Shown: in pieces, positions 24,277 to 27,864 of the stretch
How the letters are laid out: every line of letters begins with the position of its first letter
Numbering within the stretch: the first letter of the stretch is position 1
The notes under the pieces: generated by a model
What the model was told of the DNA's origin: nothing
Database searches by the model: none
Seen by the model: only the letters and a program-made list of their open reading frames with translations
Translations under genes and position numbers: made by a program
From: a virus
Taxonomy: Duplodnaviria > Caudoviricetes
Reading direction: 5' to 3' (one strand)
IMG/VR virus record: IMGVR_UViG_3300011412_000019
Coordinates: 1 to 27,864 of that record
DNA length: 27,864 bases

Positions 24277-25212
24277 CTAAGCAGCTGCGGTAGCGATTTT
24301 TGCAGCTATAGCAAGCTTGGCTCTGCTCGAAGCTTCGTCCGTAGCTTTATCAATTGTTTGACTTCCAGCTTTTCCTAGAGCTTTAAGCACGAATCTCTTA
24401 GCAGCACTCTTTTCTCCATACTCAAGTCTCCTAACGCTTTGTTCAAGCTGCAATCGCCTTGAATATGATTGCAACTCTTGATCAGAAAGCGCTTTGAGAC
24501 CACTCTTCTTTCCCACCTGCCCGAGCGTGCGCGCGCGTACAGCGTCAGGACTTCCTGTACGGAAATGTCCACCTTTAACTTTGAGTTTCTTTCCTTTGTC
24601 AGCTACTGTAACGCTGCTCGATCTCTTCTGACGGACACCCCATTTCATACCTTTTCTTCCGAAATGAGTAAGAATATTATCTACAATATTATCACTCATA
24701 GCCACTTCCATTTCCCAATTAGGAGTTTTCAAAGGAAATTCGAGGCCTTCATAATCGCCAAACCAAACCCCAATACGATCGAAGTTCACATAGGTAATTC
24801 CAGGATAATCTCGATTATCGGGTTTAGCTGGAGTATCAGGATAACCAAGCGTGATATGTGGTTTCCATTCAGGAAACTGTTCAACCGAATCATATGCGGT
24901 ACGAATATTATGATCTTTAAGAAGGTACGATCTAAAATCGTTTATACCTTCGAATCCGCTCCATTTAGATTTCGAGAAGAACAACACATCAGCTTTGTCA
25001 TCACCTAATACATCACGCCTATCGACCTCTAAACCAAAAGATGTAAGCGATCGATCTGCGGCATGCTTCACAAAACCCACGATTCCAGCAAAGTTTTTGA
25101 CTTTACTTACTTCCCCAAGAAATAAGAGAGTCAGATGAGGAACTTTTTCACTAGAAATCTTGTGAATATAATCATCCTTTGCTGGAATCGCTACAATAAC
25201 CAGATTAGGCAT
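24277..25212 (-). CDS. 2H-phosphoesterase (2'-5' RNA ligase/Acb1-like fold) fused to an 'LTHFGRKGMKWGVR' basic domain (311 aa)
   Basis: Two HxT motifs (PHLTL, PHITL) about 93 aa apart; C-terminal domain begins with the HxGxKGMKWGVR motif. Confidence 0.8.
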   Translation of the reverse strand: MPNLVIVAIPAKDDYIHKISSEKVPHLTLLFLGEVSKVKNFAGIVGFVKHAADRSLTSFGLEVDRRDVLGDDKADVLFFSKSKWSGFEGINDFRSYLLKDHNIRTAYDSVEQFPEWKPHITLGYPDTPAKPDNRDYPGITYVNFDRIGVWFGDYEGLEFPLKTPNWEMEVAMSDNIVDNILTHFGRKGMKWGVRQKRSSSVTVADKGKKLKVKGGHFRTGSPDAVRARTLGQVGKKSGLKALSDQELQSYSRRLQLEQSVRRLEYGEKSAAKRFVLKALGKAGSQTIDKATDEASSRAKLAIAAKIATAAA

Positions 25213-25220
25213 CGTGCCTC

Positions 25221-25418
25221 CTATTCTGGTGCCGGAGACTCCTCGTCCGGATTAGGAACATGTCCTAGTCGGATCTGCCGTTCTCTAATCGATGCAGCCT
25301 TCTCGGCAGTCTGTCGATCATGCTCATCCTGAGCACTTTCCCTCTCTACACCATCACTCTGTCCGCGATTCTCAGCTGCTGGCCATCCAGTCAGCAATTC
25401 TACTCCTTCAATTCCCAT
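25221..25418 (-). CDS. Hypothetical protein (65 aa)
   Basis: GGAGG RBS; fills the gap between neighbours. Confidence 0.7.
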   Translation of the reverse strand: MGIEGVELLTGWPAAENRGQSDGVERESAQDEHDRQTAEKAASIRERQIRLGHVPNPDEESPAPE

Positions 25419-25427
25419 CTCAACCTC

Positions 25428-25820
25428 CTAAGCAGCTTCGTCGTCAGAGAGGAGAACGGGAGGATCTGGATCGACCCAACCCGTCTCTTCTCTATGAACG
25501 TTCAAACGCCACTCAAGCTCTTCGATCTGCTTCTGCTGCGCCGCAATAAGATACGACGTAGTCGGAGGATCAAAAAGCATTCGAGCACGAAGATAGACAT
25601 ACGACCTCACAGCATTGTACTGATGATCCGCTTCGTCGACAAAATCCGACCACTCATCGTCAGCATCTTCAACAGTAAACCCTGTAGTAGGTCCAACTCC
25701 TAGCTGGGTGAGCGTAGAGATTGCGGAATTAATATGCATGAGAATATCTTCGTCAAATACGGTGTAATCTTCGGCAACACCCAAAACCTTCTTAGTGCTA
25801 AGAAGAATACTAGCTTCCAT
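25428..25820 (-). CDS. Head-to-tail adaptor/connector protein (130 aa)
   Basis: SIL.S.KK.LG, HIN.A...L.QLGVG, FDPP and ELEWRL motifs. Confidence 0.8.
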   Translation of the reverse strand: MEASILLSTKKVLGVAEDYTVFDEDILMHINSAISTLTQLGVGPTTGFTVEDADDEWSDFVDEADHQYNAVRSYVYLRARMLFDPPTTSYLIAAQQKQIEELEWRLNVHREETGWVDPDPPVLLSDDEAA

Positions 25821-25846
25821 TTATCTCACCCACTCATTTAGATTAG

Positions 25847-26032
25847 TTATTCAGAAGGCTCTGCAGGCTCAGCTGGCTCAGCTGGTGCTTCTGCAGGTTC
25901 AGCCGGTGCTTCAGGTGGCTCAGTAGACGGAGCAGGCACAGGCTCAGATGGTGCGGCGGGCTCCTCAGCAGGAGCGTCGGGCGGTGTAGGCTCTTCTACC
26001 CTCTCACCAGGAGGATTCTCAAACTCGTTCAT
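25847..26032 (-). CDS. Pro/Ala/Glu-rich low-complexity protein (61 aa)
   Basis: AAGGAG RBS; TAATG coupling; PAE repeats with varied codons. Confidence 0.7.
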   Translation of the reverse strand: MNEFENPPGERVEEPTPPDAPAEEPAAPSEPVPAPSTEPPEAPAEPAEAPAEPAEPAEPSE

Positions 26033-26244
26033 TAAACTTCTCCTTCATCATCGTTTTTATCTTTTACTAGTTCTACGATCCACGTAATTCCTGCAGGCAC
26101 AAAAGAAAGTACAATAGCCATATAGAAAATGGTATCGGTATCCTCAACACCTGCGAACTTTGCAATAAGAGCAGCAAGCACAGTCGCAATAGGCATCGCC
26201 GTTTCAGCCGGACGATTCTTAACAACTTCAACTGGATTTGCCAT
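26032..26244 (-). CDS. Putative holin (2 TM, 70 aa)
   Basis: Two hydrophobic segments and a charged C-terminus. Confidence 0.5.
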   Translation of the reverse strand: MANPVEVVKNRPAETAMPIATVLAALIAKFAGVEDTDTIFYMAIVLSFVPAGITWIVELVKDKNDDEGEV

Positions 26245-26256
26245 AAAACATCCTTT

Positions 26257-26619
26257 TCATTGTGATCTTAATTTATGTCGAAGCCAACGATATAACAACG
26301 ATTTTGTTACAAGTACAGCTATAGTCAGCAAAATTACACCTCGAACATAAAGAGAAGCTGGAGGTGGATCGGGAGAAAACTGTACTGATGCAACTAATAT
26401 TCCAGCAATAAAGAGGAGTAATAGAGTCACACATCGCATAATTTCATTAGCAATGTTCACTTTTGCGACAAGAGAACGTTGATAATGCTGCTTCGTTTTA
26501 CCAATCTGATAGGTTAAATCTTCACGTGCTATTAAAATATTTATAAATGAAACGAATATACCAAATCCAGACATCATAATCCACAGACTAATGGTTACCA
26601 GTCCGGTAGTGATGTCCAC
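26257..26619 (-). CDS. Membrane protein (3 TM, 120 aa)
   Basis: GTG start with GGGGAG RBS; three hydrophobic helices and a basic C-terminus. Confidence 0.75.
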   Translation of the reverse strand: MDITTGLVTISLWIMMSGFGIFVSFINILIAREDLTYQIGKTKQHYQRSLVAKVNIANEIMRCVTLLLLFIAGILVASVQFSPDPPPASLYVRGVILLTIAVLVTKSLLYRWLRHKLRSQ

Positions 26620-26621
26620 GA

Positions 26622-26780
26622 TTACTCCCCGTCCCCGTTTCGTTGTAATACAGCAAGTTCTTCGGCGATAATATCAATAGACTCAATCTTATCGAGCCTA
26701 GTTTTTACTTTAGTAATTTCTTTCTTATTTTCTTGAATATCCTTTTGTTGTTCTTCTGAGTGGTTCCAAGGCCACTTCAT
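26622..26780 (-). CDS. Small coiled-coil protein, 52 aa (MKWPWNHSEEQQKDIQENKKEITKVKTRLDKIE...)
   Basis: Hand translation; ATGA coupling; fills the gap exactly. Confidence 0.75.
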   Translation of the reverse strand: MKWPWNHSEEQQKDIQENKKEITKVKTRLDKIESIDIIAEELAVLQRNGDGE

Positions 26781-26995
26781 TTGTTCTTTTCTCCATTGTC
26801 ACCAACTATCGATGTTACTACTTCAGCAATCTTCGTTCCGCGTAATGCTACTTCCTTCCATTCATCACGCTCCTTTACCACTTCGGCGGCATACCATCCG
26901 AATACCCACCATCGCGCTCTTCCGCCGTAGAGAATTAGAAGTACTAAGACCAGTGATGAGAATGGACCGAGCAAAATTCGTAAAATATCATCCAT
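26777..26995 (-). CDS. Small membrane protein (72 aa from ATG 26995)
   Basis: AGGAGG RBS; N-terminal TM followed by W(V).G...ERDEW. Confidence 0.75.
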   Translation of the reverse strand: MDDILRILLGPFSSLVLVLLILYGGRARWWVFGWYAAEVVKERDEWKEVALRGTKIAEVVTSIVGDNGEKNK

Positions 26996-27008
26996 TCCTG
27001 TATTCCTC

Positions 27009-27422
27009 CTACCAAAGCCTTGTATCACCAGCCTCTCTCACAATTGGACCTCTGGGGAGCAGACTTTCATCGCCATAATGAATAGCATTGTGTGTTCTAA
27101 GAGACGTTGTTATGAGGAACTTTGGATCAAGAAGCCATTCTTCACCATGCTCTATATCATCTAGAGATATGGGATTCATATGGTGAACTAACAAACCTGT
27201 AGCAATTTCAAACCCGGGAATACCTAAATCACACCCGTCATCACGGACTATGATATAGTTTCTAACTCGTTTCCATTCCCGAGACTTGTAAAAGCGCTGA
27301 TTAATCCATCGATCGAATCCAAATGTTGCTCGTCCAGTAACTCCACCTAATTTAAGATAATGATATCGTTCTTCGAACGTTTCTAGTTGACGAACTTCTG
27401 AATATGTTCTAATCTTCGACAT
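27009..27422 (-). CDS. HNH endonuclease (packaging-associated)
   Basis: FY.S.EW..VR....RD.GC, VHHMNP and TH.AIH motifs; start MSKIRTY is probable. Confidence 0.85.
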   Translation of the reverse strand: MSKIRTYSEVRQLETFEERYHYLKLGGVTGRATFGFDRWINQRFYKSREWKRVRNYIIVRDDGCDLGIPGFEIATGLLVHHMNPISLDDIEHGEEWLLDPKFLITTSLRTHNAIHYGDESLLPRGPIVREAGDTRLW

Positions 27423-27756
27423 CAGATTCGGGAGGAGGTTCTTCACCCGTGTAAGAGCGCATTGCTTGTAGCGCTTCCATATACAACTCTTCTACTCGCT
27501 TCTGACCTTCGAGAGCTTCGATCTTAACCCGAGTCAATTCGTTTTCATGCTCGAGTCGCTGTTGTTCAAGACGTTCCCGAGTCGAACCCAGCTTTAGAAA
27601 ATGCGTAATGACTTGAGATGAAGCCGTTCCGTCACGAATTTGCTCCTCGGCAAGATCAATGGCATATGAAACCATCTCATTCTCACGAGCTTCAGGAGTT
27701 GCCGCGGGTTTCCGAGGAGTTCGTTCATCTTTCGAACGCCTTCTTCTCGAGGGCAC
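27409..27756 (-). CDS. Conserved first gene of the virion operon, candidate terminase small subunit (115 aa)
   Basis: GAGGAGG RBS before GTG 27756; helical protein with GTASSQVITHFLK and a coiled-coil. The TerS call rests on position and size only. Confidence 0.55.
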   Translation of the reverse strand: MPSRRRRSKDERTPRKPAATPEARENEMVSYAIDLAEEQIRDGTASSQVITHFLKLGSTRERLEQQRLEHENELTRVKIEALEGQKRVEELYMEALQAMRSYTGEEPPPESDVED

Positions 27757-27836
27757 GCGACCTCCTCTCATTAGTTATAGAGTTCGAGCTCCTTTCCCTA
27801 CACTTTTAACCCCGGAAAAAGTCGAATTGTTTGTGG

Positions 27837-27853
27837 AAAATATCCCCCCGGGG
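27837..27853. repeat. 17-bp repeat AAAATATCCCCCCGGGG, copy 2
   Basis: Identical to 7216-7232; upstream of the virion operon. Confidence 0.8.
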
Positions 27854-27864
27854 CTTTTTTTGTA

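Noticed and set aside
989-27809. All plus-strand ORFs in the track (e.g. 2385-2981, 5224-5838, 11064-11597, 12516-13148, 20244-20843)
   Set aside because: They are antisense shadows of well-supported minus-strand genes and lack RBSs or recognisable motifs.

Overview
The window is about 28 kb of a tailed dsDNA (siphovirus) genome, and essentially every real gene is on the minus strand. Reading right to left, it holds: a probable left-end gene and HNH endonuclease; a block of small membrane genes with no recognisable endolysin; a head-tail adaptor; a 2H-phosphoesterase fused to an 'HFGxKGMKWGVR' domain; large terminase; portal; fused prohead protease-major capsid protein; head-tail joining genes; two major-tail-protein paralogues; fibre-like genes; a 1503-aa tape measure protein; Dit; and a ReqiPepy6-Gp37-like tail protein. 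From memory, gene order and motifs resemble ReqiPepy6/ReqiPoco6-like actinobacteriophages; this was not checked against a database. The accessory region (about 2.5-7.7 kb) is the most unusual part. It has seven copies of a 27-bp promoter-like motif (TCGCA-N3-[AT]AACA-N5-TATAAT). Four copies drive small protein genes. Three are followed directly by 58-94-nt self-paired non-coding units ending in U-tracts. The same region holds three more ORF-free, densely structured segments (3568-3836 with a kissing-loop pseudoknot, 5058-5131, 6225-6550). I propose this is a phage small/structured-RNA island. All structures were folded by eye and all functions are hypotheses.
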